From positions 46,468 through 110,467 of the forward strand of contig CAZSUV010000002.1 of assembly GCA_964610125.1 (NCBI GenBank): a DNA stretch of 64,000 nucleotides, read 5' to 3'. A program made the position numbers and the translations under genes. The stretch is from an uncultured Candidatus Saccharibacteria bacterium (GTDB lineage Bacteria; Patescibacteriota; Dojkabacteria; SC72). The notes beneath the pieces are model-generated. The model did no database searches and had not been told where the DNA came from. It saw nothing but the letters and a program-made list of their open reading frames with translations. Positions 9,044-19,636 of the stretch are shown here, in pieces; the first letter of the stretch is position 1; each line of letters opens with the position of its first letter.

Positions 9044-11437
9044 ATGGAAAATAAAATATTACCAGTATCCATAGTTATACCGGCAAAGAATGAAGAGAAA
9101 AATATTACCGCTTTAATGGAAAGCATTGTGAAGCAGAAATACCAACCAACCGAGGTTATTGTTGCAGACGCAGGATCTCAAGATCGAACGGTAGAAATTT
9201 CTGAAAAATATGGTGCGAAAGTTGTACCAGGAGGACCAATTTCAGTCGGAAGGAACAATGGATTTAATGCTTCTACGCAGAATATAATTGTATTCTTTGA
9301 TGCAGATGTACAGCTATTGGGTGAAACAGATTTAAAGGAGATAGTAGATATTTTTGTTGAAAAACAATTAGATTGTGCGACCTGCCATTTTGCATACACT
9401 GGAGACAAATCATTTGCGAAATATATGACAACAAAGTTCATTAATGTAGCTAAAGATATTAGTGCATTAACTCCTTTGCCGGGATTGAAATGGGATTGGG
9501 GGACAGTAATGCTCGTAAGGAGAGAAGTATTTGAAGACATAGGAGGATTCGTAACGGAGTTCAAATATATGGAAGATACATTGATGATCCAGAAGGTTGT
9601 AAGTAGTGGTTACAAATACAAAATAATTAACAAGGATGTTGGAGTTGTAGTAAATGGAAGACCTGCGAGAACAGGAAAATTACTTTCTAGAATTAAGGAA
9701 ACATTTGCTGCAATATTGGGCATAATATCGGTAAATTTAGCAAGATTCCCGCTTACTCGAAACCTTGGATACAAATTAAACAAGGTTAGTACCCAATTGT
9801 ATGGAACAATGGGTGGGATAGTGAAGTATGAGAATCCCTTTAAACCACAGGATAGGGAAGGGGGATTTCCTAAGAATACCCCAATATTTCTAAGAAGAAT
9901 ATATGAAATCATTCCAGGTTTTTTCACTTGGCTATTCATCCTTTCCCCGGTCATATTTGCATTACTAAGATGGAATCAGGTCTTCGCAATATATGTTGCT
10001 TTCTTGGTAGCATATTGGTCTTTGAGATCCATAAAATTCATTACAGGAATAGCAATAGGAATGAAGAGAGTAAAACGAGATACCTCTACGGATTGGGTAG
10101 AGAAGATAGAGCAGGAATGTAATGGTGAGGAAAAAGATATTAGATTCATATACCTATGTCCTGTATATTCCGAAAGTTTAGAAGTGTTAGAACCAACATT
10201 TGAGGCATGGGCTAACAGTGATATTGGTGCAGAGAAGATAGATGTAGTAGTAGCTATGGAGGAGAAGAATAAGGATATGCAGATTGAGAACTTTAACCAC
10301 CTTGAGAAAGAATATGGAAAAAGATTTGGAAGCATGAGGTACTACATTCATCCGGCTGGGATAGAGGGAGAAGTTGCAGGTGTAAAAGGTGCAAATATTA
10401 ACTGGGCTGGAAGACATCTAGTTATGGATTTAGAAAAAGAAGGCAAGGATATTTCAAAATATTTATTAATATCCTGTGACTCAGACCTAAGACCTCATCC
10501 TAAATATCTCTCAGCTGTATTGTACAAATACCTAACAGTAGAGGATAGGGATAACCGATACTATGCAAGTGCATTGCATACATTTAACAATAACATATGG
10601 CATGTCCCATCATTAATACGTGCCCAATCAAATATGTTGACTCTGGTATTACTCCAAAACTGGGTAGTAGATAAATTGAAGAGAATTCCTTTTGTAGGTG
10701 AAAGTATATATGTGCGAGATACTTTCTCCTCATATATCGTTAACCTTGGAACATTGAAAAAACTCGAATTTTGGAATCCAGAGATTGCAAATGATGATAC
10801 CGCCTTCTACTGGAATGCAATGATTAGAACTAATGGTACATTTAAGAGCCAAGAAGTATATATTCCTACATACAATGATGCAGTAGAAAATCAAACATAT
10901 GTTAAATCTCATGTGTCATATTACAAACAACAGCACAGATGGGGATGGGGTGTGGTAAATGTACCAATAACCATGGCAGCTCTTTTTCAGAAGAACAAAG
11001 AATTCCCAATTTACAGAAAGCTTTTCATGTTAAGGAATATTTTTGAATACCAGATATGGTATTTAACTGTAGTATTCATCCTTACTTTTGGTCTTACCAT
11101 AATGGGTTGGTTAAGTCCAAGCTACCAATACACAGTGCTGGCATACAATCTCCAAAGAGCACTTAGCTACATCTTTACTGCAATCACTCTAACCAATATC
11201 CCAATCGTCATATTTAGAAGAATGATAACTCCGGTACCTAAGAGTTGGAAATGGTGGAGACATGTATTGGATTTCGCAGAAACATTCTTGGTTACTGTAA
11301 ATATGCTTACCTTTGGATTCATACCTTACGTTCAAGCACAAACCGAGATGATGCTAGGACAATCTGCTTTCAAACGAAATTTCTATGTCACTGAAAAAGT
11401 TAAGATGAATAAACGAAAAAATCTCAGTTCAGTGTAA
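9044..11437 (+). CDS. large membrane glycosyltransferase (N-terminal GT2 domain + polytopic region + second GT-like domain)
   Basis: VSIVIPAKNEE...VIVADAGSQDRT...FFDADVQ (GT2 with DxD). Multiple TM helices in the middle and at the C-terminus. Confidence 0.65.
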   Translation: MENKILPVSIVIPAKNEEKNITALMESIVKQKYQPTEVIVADAGSQDRTVEISEKYGAKVVPGGPISVGRNNGFNASTQNIIVFFDADVQLLGETDLKEIVDIFVEKQLDCATCHFAYTGDKSFAKYMTTKFINVAKDISALTPLPGLKWDWGTVMLVRREVFEDIGGFVTEFKYMEDTLMIQKVVSSGYKYKIINKDVGVVVNGRPARTGKLLSRIKETFAAILGIISVNLARFPLTRNLGYKLNKVSTQLYGTMGGIVKYENPFKPQDREGGFPKNTPIFLRRIYEIIPGFFTWLFILSPVIFALLRWNQVFAIYVAFLVAYWSLRSIKFITGIAIGMKRVKRDTSTDWVEKIEQECNGEEKDIRFIYLCPVYSESLEVLEPTFEAWANSDIGAEKIDVVVAMEEKNKDMQIENFNHLEKEYGKRFGSMRYYIHPAGIEGEVAGVKGANINWAGRHLVMDLEKEGKDISKYLLISCDSDLRPHPKYLSAVLYKYLTVEDRDNRYYASALHTFNNNIWHVPSLIRAQSNMLTLVLLQNWVVDKLKRIPFVGESIYVRDTFSSYIVNLGTLKKLEFWNPEIANDDTAFYWNAMIRTNGTFKSQEVYIPTYNDAVENQTYVKSHVSYYKQQHRWGWGVVNVPITMAALFQKNKEFPIYRKLFMLRNIFEYQIWYLTVVFILTFGLTIMGWLSPSYQYTVLAYNLQRALSYIFTAITLTNIPIVIFRRMITPVPKSWKWWRHVLDFAETFLVTVNMLTFGFIPYVQAQTEMMLGQSAFKRNFYVTEKVKMNKRKNLSSV

Positions 11438-11489
11438 TTTCATTTTAGTGCTGTAATGTTTAAATACTAAATTATTAGTTTTAAACATT

Positions 11490-12689
11490 ATGCTTCGAAA
11501 AATACTTAAAATGATTCTCTACTTCTTCATCATATTCGCTACCCCAGTATATGCGGATAATTTTGATGGAAATGGAGATACCTCCAGTAATCAATATTTC
11601 CAGACCATAGCTTTTGGAGCGAATGGATATCCGGAGATCGAGGATATCCGGTACAACAAAGCGGATTTTCTAGCTGAAAACACCGAATCCATACTCAATT
11701 CCAATCTAGAAGCCTTTACCGATTTTGACAATACAAGACGTATTCCAATGGTAGCAGACCATATTGATGCGCCACCAGGCACACAGGTAGACGTGGTCTA
11801 CCTGTACAGGAATAGTACAGGGCATAGTGTGGATATCTCAAAAATAGATTGGGTTTTGAGTAGAAATATTAAAGAGAATGGAAATCTAACTCAGATTTTG
11901 GATATTCCAGAATTTGTAAATGGTAATCTCGGATTTAAATATTCTGCTCAGAACCTAATTAAATCTGGAATATACAAGGAATATATTGGACTTGGGAATA
12001 TTTTGAGTGGAGGAAGTGGAGCATATTCATTGGATAGCGTAAGTATTAAAAATCCTTTGAGTATTGATGATATACAAGCTAATTCCAATGAAAGTGGGGG
12101 TGTGGATTTTAAAATATATATCCAAAATACCAGCAATGAATATTTAAACAATTTGAAATTTACATATGGGTCATTTGAAGAGACTTTTAATTTAGCGGAA
12201 GAACAAGAATATGTAATAGAGTTCTCGAAAGAGAACACACCTGAAGAATTAGGAAGATTTGAGATATACAATCCAAATATCAAGCAAGTATGTGCGATAT
12301 ATGGTTCGCCTTATTACACATATACCCAAATAGATGCTATTCCGGTATATGCATATAGGGAGGATGGAGGAATTATCCCAGGAGCTTCTGTACAACCAGT
12401 GGGAGAGAGTTTCTGCATTAAACGAATACCATATACCATGATTTCTGAACCAATGGCTTTATCAGAAACAAAGAATGTTGGGAATGCCGAGGTAAGCGTT
12501 ACAAAAGAAGAGGAGGTTGGAGATATCTTAGGAATTTCAGACATGGGATTACCAAAAACCGGTAGGGGATCATGGGGTTTGGTAGCCTTACTTGTTGTAG
12601 ATGTGCTTCTTTGGTATTCTTGGTATATATTAAGGAGGAAATATGAAGGTAAAAATACAAATTCCAGAGTACGTACAAAAAGTAAGTAG
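11490..12689 (+). CDS. secreted LPXTG-anchored surface protein (sortase substrate)
   Basis: Signal peptide (..ATPVYA|D). C-terminal LPKTG, then a hydrophobic helix, then an RRKYEGK basic tail. Confidence 0.7.
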   Translation: MLRKILKMILYFFIIFATPVYADNFDGNGDTSSNQYFQTIAFGANGYPEIEDIRYNKADFLAENTESILNSNLEAFTDFDNTRRIPMVADHIDAPPGTQVDVVYLYRNSTGHSVDISKIDWVLSRNIKENGNLTQILDIPEFVNGNLGFKYSAQNLIKSGIYKEYIGLGNILSGGSGAYSLDSVSIKNPLSIDDIQANSNESGGVDFKIYIQNTSNEYLNNLKFTYGSFEETFNLAEEQEYVIEFSKENTPEELGRFEIYNPNIKQVCAIYGSPYYTYTQIDAIPVYAYREDGGIIPGASVQPVGESFCIKRIPYTMISEPMALSETKNVGNAEVSVTKEEEVGDILGISDMGLPKTGRGSWGLVALLVVDVLLWYSWYILRRKYEGKNTNSRVRTKSK

Positions 12690-14067
12690 GATGCTCAGTA
12701 AAGAGGGCTTTGAATGCTACCTTGTTGGCGGCGCTGTACGTGATGTCGTAATGGGATTAGACCCTCATGACTACGATCTTGCTACAGATGCACTTCCAGA
12801 TGAAATGCTAAATATATTTCCAAAGTCAGTATCTGTTGGTGCTAAATTTGGTACTGTAATGGCATTGGTGCAAGACAGTCACGGAGAAACAATGGAAGTA
12901 GAAGTTACAACATTTAGGAGTGAATCCGACTACATTGATGGACGATGGCCTACCAATATCGAATTTGTAAAAGAGATAGACAAAGATTTGGGGAGAAGAG
13001 ATTTCACCATTAATGCAATGGCCATAGACTTGGGCAATCTTGATTTAGAAGGTAGTAGTGAGGCAATCGAAGTTGAAGTATATGATCCATATGATGGGAT
13101 AAAGGATATTGAATTAAAGAAAATACGAGCAGTTGGGACTCCATTAGAAAGATTTAAAGAGGATGGACTTCGTGCATTTAAAGCATGTAGGTTAGCTTCG
13201 CAGATTGGTTTTGAGATTGATGAGGAAACATTTAAAGCCATAGTGGAGTGTGTACCAGTGGCAGCGCAAGTATCCATGGAGCGTATCCGTGATGAATTCA
13301 TGAAGACCCTTTTAAAGTCTTCTAAGCCATCTGTGGGGATTGATCTCATGCGACAGGCCGGATTACTTCAACTGTTCATGCCCGAGCTTCTAGAAGGATT
13401 GGGTGTAGAACAAAAAATGTTCCATAGCGATGATGTATATTGGCATAGCCTTAGAACATGCGACTCTGCACATGACAGTGTAAAACTAGCTGCTTTACTT
13501 CACGATATCGCCAAGCCACGAACAGATATGGGTAATGGCCATTTCTATGGGCATGATGCAATGGGAGCTCAGATGGCAGAAGATATATTAAGAAGAATGA
13601 AATTCCCGCAGGCGGAGGTAAAGCGTGTGGTATTGTTAATCAAAAATCATATGTTCTACTATCCCCACATGCAAGATGATATGACGGAAGAAGAGAAGAA
13701 CAATATTGAATTACATCAATGGTCTGATTCTGCAGTTAGGAGATTCATACAAAGGGTAGGTATCGACAATATTGATGACCTTTTTAAATTGCGATTGGCA
13801 GATGCTCAATCTAATCCAATGACCGCTTTTAAACCAGAGGAGATAACCTTGCTACAACAAAGAATATCTGCCGTACTGCAACAAGATATGGCCTTTAAGG
13901 TTACAGATTTAAAAATTAATGGGGAAGATTTAGTAAGTATTGGTATTGAAAGAGGTCCTCAATTGGGAAAGATATTAAAAGAACTTTTAGATATGGTACT
14001 TGAAGATCCAATGCTTAATACCAAAGAAAAATTGTTAGAAAATGCTAAGAAATTAGCAAATATTTAA
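12643..14067 (+). CDS. cca: CCA-adding tRNA nucleotidyltransferase with HD domain
   Basis: GGAVRD...DYDLATDA...RRDFTINAMA head domain. HD motif LLHDIAKP. SD AGGAGGA before the ATG. 47-nt overlap with the upstream gene. Confidence 0.8.
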   Translation: MKVKIQIPEYVQKVSRMLSKEGFECYLVGGAVRDVVMGLDPHDYDLATDALPDEMLNIFPKSVSVGAKFGTVMALVQDSHGETMEVEVTTFRSESDYIDGRWPTNIEFVKEIDKDLGRRDFTINAMAIDLGNLDLEGSSEAIEVEVYDPYDGIKDIELKKIRAVGTPLERFKEDGLRAFKACRLASQIGFEIDEETFKAIVECVPVAAQVSMERIRDEFMKTLLKSSKPSVGIDLMRQAGLLQLFMPELLEGLGVEQKMFHSDDVYWHSLRTCDSAHDSVKLAALLHDIAKPRTDMGNGHFYGHDAMGAQMAEDILRRMKFPQAEVKRVVLLIKNHMFYYPHMQDDMTEEEKNNIELHQWSDSAVRRFIQRVGIDNIDDLFKLRLADAQSNPMTAFKPEEITLLQQRISAVLQQDMAFKVTDLKINGEDLVSIGIERGPQLGKILKELLDMVLEDPMLNTKEKLLENAKKLANI

Positions 14068-14087
14068 ATTAATTTCTCTAAATATAT

Positions 14088-14351
14088 ATGAGAAGGATTG
14101 AGAAAAAGACAGTACCAGATCTTTTTGAAAAAGTACTTAATGGAGAGAAGAATTTTGATTTAAGAATAGCTGAGTTTGAATGTGAAGTAGGGGATGTATT
14201 GGTATTAAGAGAATGGAATCCTGAAATGAAGGAATATACAGGAAGACAAATTGAGAAAACTGTTACCTTTGTTATGAAGACTAAAGATCTTAAATTCTGG
14301 AGTCAAGAAGATATTGAAGAATTAGGATTCCTAGTAATGTCATTTAAGTAG
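14088..14351 (+). CDS. small ASCH/DUF3850-like protein
   Basis: 87 aa. The K..F.LR...F.VGD.L.L.EW....YTGR pattern is reminiscent of DUF3850, recalled from memory. Confidence 0.4.
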   Translation: MRRIEKKTVPDLFEKVLNGEKNFDLRIAEFECEVGDVLVLREWNPEMKEYTGRQIEKTVTFVMKTKDLKFWSQEDIEELGFLVMSFK

Positions 14352-14412
14352 GGTTGGAATTAACTCCTTTTTCCTCTATCATATACATAGCTTAATTAAC
14401 TAGTACTGCCTA

Positions 14413-15840
14413 ATGAAGTTAAAATTCTGTGGAGCTGCTAAAAATGTTACTGGGTCATGCTACTATGTAGATACTGGAGAACTCAAATTCATTGTAGATT
14501 GTGGTGCATTTCAAGGCTCTGATGAACAAGAAGCATTAAACTATGAACCATTCCCATTTAATCCTGCGGATTTAGATTTTGTATTTCTTACTCACGCACA
14601 TTTTGATCACTGTGGAAGATTACCAGTATTAGTCAAACAAGGATTCCATGGAAGAATAGTTTGTACTCAACCGACTAGAGATTTAGCTAAGGTTGTACTC
14701 TTAGATGCAGCAAATATCCAAGAGGAGGACTACGAAAGATGGATAACCAGGGCAAGAGAAGATGGAATGTCTGCGGTTGCTGCGGAAGAAGGATCTATTG
14801 AAGCTAACAAAAAACCATTGTTTACTGTTGCAGATGTAGAAGCAATGAGTATGCTTTTTGAAGTATATCCTTACAGTACATCAGTCAATATTAACAATCA
14901 TTTTGAATTCAGACTTAGAGATGCAGGACATATCATTGGATCTGCAAGTATAGAGTTCTGGGTAAAAAATGAAGCTGAAAGAGTAAGGAAAATCGTGTTC
15001 TCAGGAGACTTAGGTCAACCTGGTGCACGTATTGTTAGAGACCCAGACTTAATCCGAGAAGCAGACTTTGTAATCTGTGAGTCAACATATGGAAATAGAA
15101 TACACAGAGATCGAAACGAAACGCTTTTAGAACTACTTTCCATATTACAAGAAGCACAAAAAAGTGAAGGCAATGTTCTCATCCCAGCCTTTGCAATTGA
15201 AAGAGCCCAAGAGATATTGTATGAAATTAATCTTTTTGTAGAGCAGAGATTACTCTCTGGACTTCCAATATATTTAGACAGTCCAATGGCTTCTAAAGCT
15301 ACTGCGATATTCAAACAATATCCAGACTTCTATGACGAAGATGCTAAGCGATTACTAAACAAAGGAGATGATCCATTTGAGTTCTCAGGACTACATATTG
15401 TAGAGGATGCTGAAGAATCAAAACGGTTAATATCTAAACGAGGAATAGTCATAATGGCAGGTAGTGGAATGTGTACAGGAGGAAGAATCATGCATCATCT
15501 AAAAAATAACATTGAGAGTAGCAAAACACATATTGTATTTGTTGGATATCAAGTCAAAGGAACATTGGGCAGAAGAATAGTTGATGGTGAAAAGGTAGTA
15601 AGAATCTTCGGAAGGGAGTATGAAAACAATGCACATGTACATACCTTGGGAGGATTCTCTGCCCATGGCGATGAACGAGATTTGTTGTACTGGTTAGGAA
15701 GTTTTGGACATACACCTAAGCAAATATTCATAACCCACGGAGATGAACAAGTAGCGGAAGAATTCGCAGACAAGATATACAAGGATACACAGATTGAAAC
15801 TATAGTACCTAATGTTAATGAAGAATTTGAATTAAAGTAG
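14413..15840 (+). CDS. MBL-fold beta-CASP ribonuclease (RNase J/CPSF-like)
   Basis: HAHFDHCGRLP metal-binding motif, then D...H...H beta-CASP motifs, in a roughly 475-aa architecture. Confidence 0.7.
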   Translation: MKLKFCGAAKNVTGSCYYVDTGELKFIVDCGAFQGSDEQEALNYEPFPFNPADLDFVFLTHAHFDHCGRLPVLVKQGFHGRIVCTQPTRDLAKVVLLDAANIQEEDYERWITRAREDGMSAVAAEEGSIEANKKPLFTVADVEAMSMLFEVYPYSTSVNINNHFEFRLRDAGHIIGSASIEFWVKNEAERVRKIVFSGDLGQPGARIVRDPDLIREADFVICESTYGNRIHRDRNETLLELLSILQEAQKSEGNVLIPAFAIERAQEILYEINLFVEQRLLSGLPIYLDSPMASKATAIFKQYPDFYDEDAKRLLNKGDDPFEFSGLHIVEDAEESKRLISKRGIVIMAGSGMCTGGRIMHHLKNNIESSKTHIVFVGYQVKGTLGRRIVDGEKVVRIFGREYENNAHVHTLGGFSAHGDERDLLYWLGSFGHTPKQIFITHGDEQVAEEFADKIYKDTQIETIVPNVNEEFELK

Positions 15841-15841
15841 T

Positions 15842-16789
15842 ATGGAAGTATACACAGAGATAGACAAAATATATGGGGATATACAAAAGTTGAACATCCA
15901 AGGCGCGACTAATGTTGCCATTGCAGTGTTTGAAGGCATGAAATTGTATCTCTCTTTAACCAAAGAAACAGACAAACAAAAGATACATGATGAATTCTTT
16001 GAGGTAGGGGACAAGCTTTCAAAAGCTCGACCTAATGAACCATTGGCAAAGAATGGTGTAAAATTCATCAAACATTTCTTCGATCAGGAGTTTGCTGTTT
16101 TACCAGAGGTGTCCACTATGAAACCAAGGCTTGATGAGCTATGTGCTCAATACCTTGATATGATTTCCGAAACCAAGAAAAACATTGTGGATAAGTCGAA
16201 GGAATATCTTAAAAACTATGATAATATTTTTACACATTGTCACTCTTCAACGGTAGAAACATTGATCAAAGAATTATCACACAAGGATAAGGAGTTTGAG
16301 GTGGTGTGCACAGAAACTAGACCAAGAATGCAGGGAAGGATTACAGCAAAGAATTTGGTAAATGCAGGAATTAAAACAACAATGATTACAGATAGCGCAG
16401 CAGATTCATTTATAATTGGTAGAGGAAATGTCCTTGTAGACACAATATTCATAGGGTGTGATCAGATTGTTAAAGGTGGCCATGTCATAAACAAGATAGG
16501 GAGTTGGAGTATAGCCATGAGTGCTCACTATGCAGACAAACCTGTATATGTGATTACACCGTTACTCAAAATTGATGAGAGTTCATACATTGGAAATGTT
16601 GAAATTGAAGTGCGAGAAGACTCTGAAATATGGCCTGATGCTCCTAAAGGATTGGAGATATATAATCCAGCATTTGAGATTGTGGATAATGTCCTAATTA
16701 CTGGTTTTGTGACAGAATTTGGTATAGTTAAACCTGCTGAAGTGGACACAGTAGTCAAGGAGAAATATCCTTGGATATTTGATAGATAA
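15842..16789 (+). CDS. e2b2: eIF-2B alpha/beta/delta-family isomerase (ribose-1,5-bisphosphate isomerase, e2b2)
   Basis: Family architecture. It is directly followed by AMP phosphorylase, as in the archaeal/CPR AMP pathway. Confidence 0.65.
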   Translation: MEVYTEIDKIYGDIQKLNIQGATNVAIAVFEGMKLYLSLTKETDKQKIHDEFFEVGDKLSKARPNEPLAKNGVKFIKHFFDQEFAVLPEVSTMKPRLDELCAQYLDMISETKKNIVDKSKEYLKNYDNIFTHCHSSTVETLIKELSHKDKEFEVVCTETRPRMQGRITAKNLVNAGIKTTMITDSAADSFIIGRGNVLVDTIFIGCDQIVKGGHVINKIGSWSIAMSAHYADKPVYVITPLLKIDESSYIGNVEIEVREDSEIWPDAPKGLEIYNPAFEIVDNVLITGFVTEFGIVKPAEVDTVVKEKYPWIFDR

Positions 16790-16806
16790 TTTTTTACTAA
16801 CTAGAC

Positions 16807-18318
16807 ATGTCATTTTACCTGAGAAGCAAAATATTAGATTTAGGCGAGGATAATAGCTTTAATGTTGTTTTACATAGAAAAGATGCTGAGAAAATTGGAG
16901 TGAAAGAAGGAGAATTGGTATACATCGGAATCGGTGATTCTGAACTCTATGCTAATGTCATGGAGACGGAGGAAAGAGTACATCAAGGGGAAATTGGACT
17001 GTTTGAAGAGATATGGAAAGAGTATTTGATTGTGGAAGGAAGTACAGTTTTTGTGGATATTCCAGAGCGTAGTAAAGCACTTGAAGCTATCAGCCGAAAG
17101 TTGCTTGGCCATGATCTAACAAAGGAAGATTTGGAATTAATTATGAAAGAAATTGCATCTCGTAGGTTGAGAGAAACAGAGATTGCATTTTTCATTTCAA
17201 CCTTCTTTAATCCAGGTTTCAATGACGAGGAGATATATTGGATGACACAGGGTATGGCACAGTCTGGAGACTCACTTTCGTTTAAAAAATTCAAAGGTAA
17301 AGGTAGCGTTATAGCTGACAAACACTCCATTGGTGGTGTTGCAGGAAAGGGTGTTACTCCTGTACTTGTCCCAATACTTGTAGCTGGTGGTCTGGTCGTC
17401 CCTAATACCTCTTCTAGAGCAATTACTTCTCCATCTGGTACATCAGACATCTTGGAGGTTGTTATGCCTGTATCGCTCACTGAGGAGGAGATAATGAAGG
17501 TTGTGGAGAAGACAGGTGGTTGTTTGTTCTGGGGTGGTTCTTTGAGTATATCCCCTGCAGATGATGTAATTATTAATGTTGAAAGATCTCTTCGTATTCA
17601 AGAATATCAGAAGGTACTTGTGAGTATTGTGGCTAAGAAGGTAGCACTTGGTATTGAGAATATTTTAATCGATCTTCCATATGGTAAGGGTAGTAAGGTT
17701 GAGGTTACCGAAGATGTATTCAAATTAGCTAAAGAATTTAAGAAACTGTTTAAAAAGTTTGGTATTGAGTGTGAAACGACAACACGTAAGGTTAATGGGC
17801 CTGATGGTAGGGGAATTGGTCCCAACCTTGAGATTAAAGAATCATTGAAAATTTTAGAAAGGGATAGTTGTGCATCTTTGGAAATGGAGAGGGTGGTTAT
17901 AGATATGGCAGGAATCCTCTTTGAAGCTACGGGTATCTCTACTGAAGGGGAGGGTAAGGTTCTTGCTCAAACACTTTTGGATTCAAAGAAGGCATATGAG
18001 AAATTCTGGGAGATTGGTTTTGCACAGGGTGCAAAGAAGATAACTAAATCTAGCGAGATTAAGGCAGGGAACTTAAGTGCTGAGGTTGTGTCTACTAAGG
18101 AGGGTACGGTTAAGATGATTAGTAGTATTGAGATTGTAAATATTGCTAGAGCTTTGGGTTGTCCTCGTATTAAGGAGGCTGGACTATATATTCACAAGAT
18201 GCCGGGTGAGTCTGTGTCTAAGGGGGATGTTTTGTTTACTATGTATGCTACTGCGGATGATAGGCTAGAGAATGGAAAAAGCGCGGTAGATCTTGAAAAG
18301 ATGTACGAGATAGTTTAG
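16807..18318 (+). CDS. AMP phosphorylase (archaeal-type thymidine-phosphorylase family)
   Basis: 503 aa. N-terminal extension domain plus pyrimidine-nucleoside phosphorylase core (SIGGVAGKGVTP...). Confidence 0.7.
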   Translation: MSFYLRSKILDLGEDNSFNVVLHRKDAEKIGVKEGELVYIGIGDSELYANVMETEERVHQGEIGLFEEIWKEYLIVEGSTVFVDIPERSKALEAISRKLLGHDLTKEDLELIMKEIASRRLRETEIAFFISTFFNPGFNDEEIYWMTQGMAQSGDSLSFKKFKGKGSVIADKHSIGGVAGKGVTPVLVPILVAGGLVVPNTSSRAITSPSGTSDILEVVMPVSLTEEEIMKVVEKTGGCLFWGGSLSISPADDVIINVERSLRIQEYQKVLVSIVAKKVALGIENILIDLPYGKGSKVEVTEDVFKLAKEFKKLFKKFGIECETTTRKVNGPDGRGIGPNLEIKESLKILERDSCASLEMERVVIDMAGILFEATGISTEGEGKVLAQTLLDSKKAYEKFWEIGFAQGAKKITKSSEIKAGNLSAEVVSTKEGTVKMISSIEIVNIARALGCPRIKEAGLYIHKMPGESVSKGDVLFTMYATADDRLENGKSAVDLEKMYEIV

Positions 18319-18336
18319 ACGACAGAACCTATAGTA

Positions 18337-18365
18337 TTGAGATTTTCCTTTGAAAAAGGTATAAT
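18337..18365 (+). promoter_or_regulatory. sigma70-like promoter TTGAGA-17-TATAAT
   Basis: Exact 17-nt spacer. About 170 nt upstream of the 18533 gene. Confidence 0.4.
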
Positions 18366-18532
18366 AGAGTAGTTAATAATATACTGCTCTTTAAAAATAT
18401 CATTGATAAATACAAGGAGATTTTCTTTTGATGATTTTATTCATCACTTGATGTTAGTCATCTCTTTGTTGTGGTTTATCATACTCATATTCAAATTAGA
18501 ATAAAAATTTCTCTTAAAGGAGGGAAATTGAA

Positions 18533-18892
18533 ATGAAAATAACTTGGAAAATATTTGTTGGTTTGTTGGGTTCAATTGGCATGTTTATTATCACACGAAA
18601 TGTGCTAATTTGGGAAAGTCAAATGCCCTTATCGGCATATTGGATAGCAATGATATTGACATTATTCCTTATTTTCTTGGGAATTTTCTCAATGTCCCCA
18701 AAATGGATTGTAATTTTGTATTTTGTAGTACAAGTTTTATTCATCACAATAGGGATAGCTCAATATAGAAGCAATGTTTACGAGAGTATGTTTTTAGGAG
18801 CTTTAATCTCTATGATGTTTTGTCTCATACCCTTTGTTGTATGGTTTGATGTTAACATATTCACTCCAACTTTGAGACAAATTTTTAAATAA
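18533..18892 (+). CDS. small membrane protein
   Basis: SD AAAGGAGGG. 119 aa with 3-4 TM helices. Confidence 0.5.
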   Translation: MKITWKIFVGLLGSIGMFIITRNVLIWESQMPLSAYWIAMILTLFLIFLGIFSMSPKWIVILYFVVQVLFITIGIAQYRSNVYESMFLGALISMMFCLIPFVVWFDVNIFTPTLRQIFK

Positions 18893-19158
18893 GATAACCA
18901 CTAACATGCACCATTGGGTGTTCTATTTTTTTTTACAGGACACCCATGGTTATCTTTTTGTATTTATCTATGATATTGATCTTTAAAAATATATTTCTTA
19001 AATGCAGAGGGAATTGTATTAAATACTTTGTTATTTAATACTAATATTTCTTTCATATATTCTTACCCAGTGGGGTGCGATTTAAATGATGTTAATTTAA
19101 ATATATTAACGTTATATATATCGCACACCGAGGGTGTTCGAATAGAAGGAGGAATTTA

Positions 19159-19551
19159 ATGAAAAAGATTAACTTGAAAGTAGTTTTTAGCAAGGAAATG
19201 TTGGCACTTTTGATTTTCGTCACCTTGATGGCGATCCCTGTTCAAGGAGTTCCTGTGTTCCCATTGGTAATTATGTTGGTTATTGGACAACCAGTTGGTC
19301 ACTTTATGGCCCTGAGAAAGCTTGATGGTTCCAGTATTCTTTGGTTCATCCTTGGGTATGGTCCATTCATTTTATTTCTTGTGGCTACGGCTCCATTGGT
19401 AATAGCTCAACCGCCATTCACCAGTGTGATATTAAGACCTGCTCTAATTCAGATGTTGATAGCGTTTCTATTATCAGCATTCTTGATCGTCGGAATAATC
19501 ATCGCAATCTTGTGGAAATATTTTCCGCGAAAGAAGTTTGCTTTTGATTAG
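19159..19551 (+). CDS. small membrane protein
   Basis: SD GAAGGAGGAAT. 130 aa with 4 TM helices. Flanked by palindromic structures on both sides. Confidence 0.5.
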   Translation: MKKINLKVVFSKEMLALLIFVTLMAIPVQGVPVFPLVIMLVIGQPVGHFMALRKLDGSSILWFILGYGPFILFLVATAPLVIAQPPFTSVILRPALIQMLIAFLLSAFLIVGIIIAILWKYFPRKKFAFD

Positions 19552-19636
19552 CATTTTTTTCTCCCTCTGCGCACCTCTGGGTGTTTATTTTTTAGATACC
19601 CAGAGTGAATTGCATATCTGTATTTAAGAGATATAT

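Noticed and set aside
14413-18318. RuBisCO gene expected next to e2b2/AMP phosphorylase
   Set aside because: None of the flanking ORFs (beta-CASP RNase upstream, small membrane protein downstream) has RuBisCO large-subunit motifs. It is simply absent from this window.
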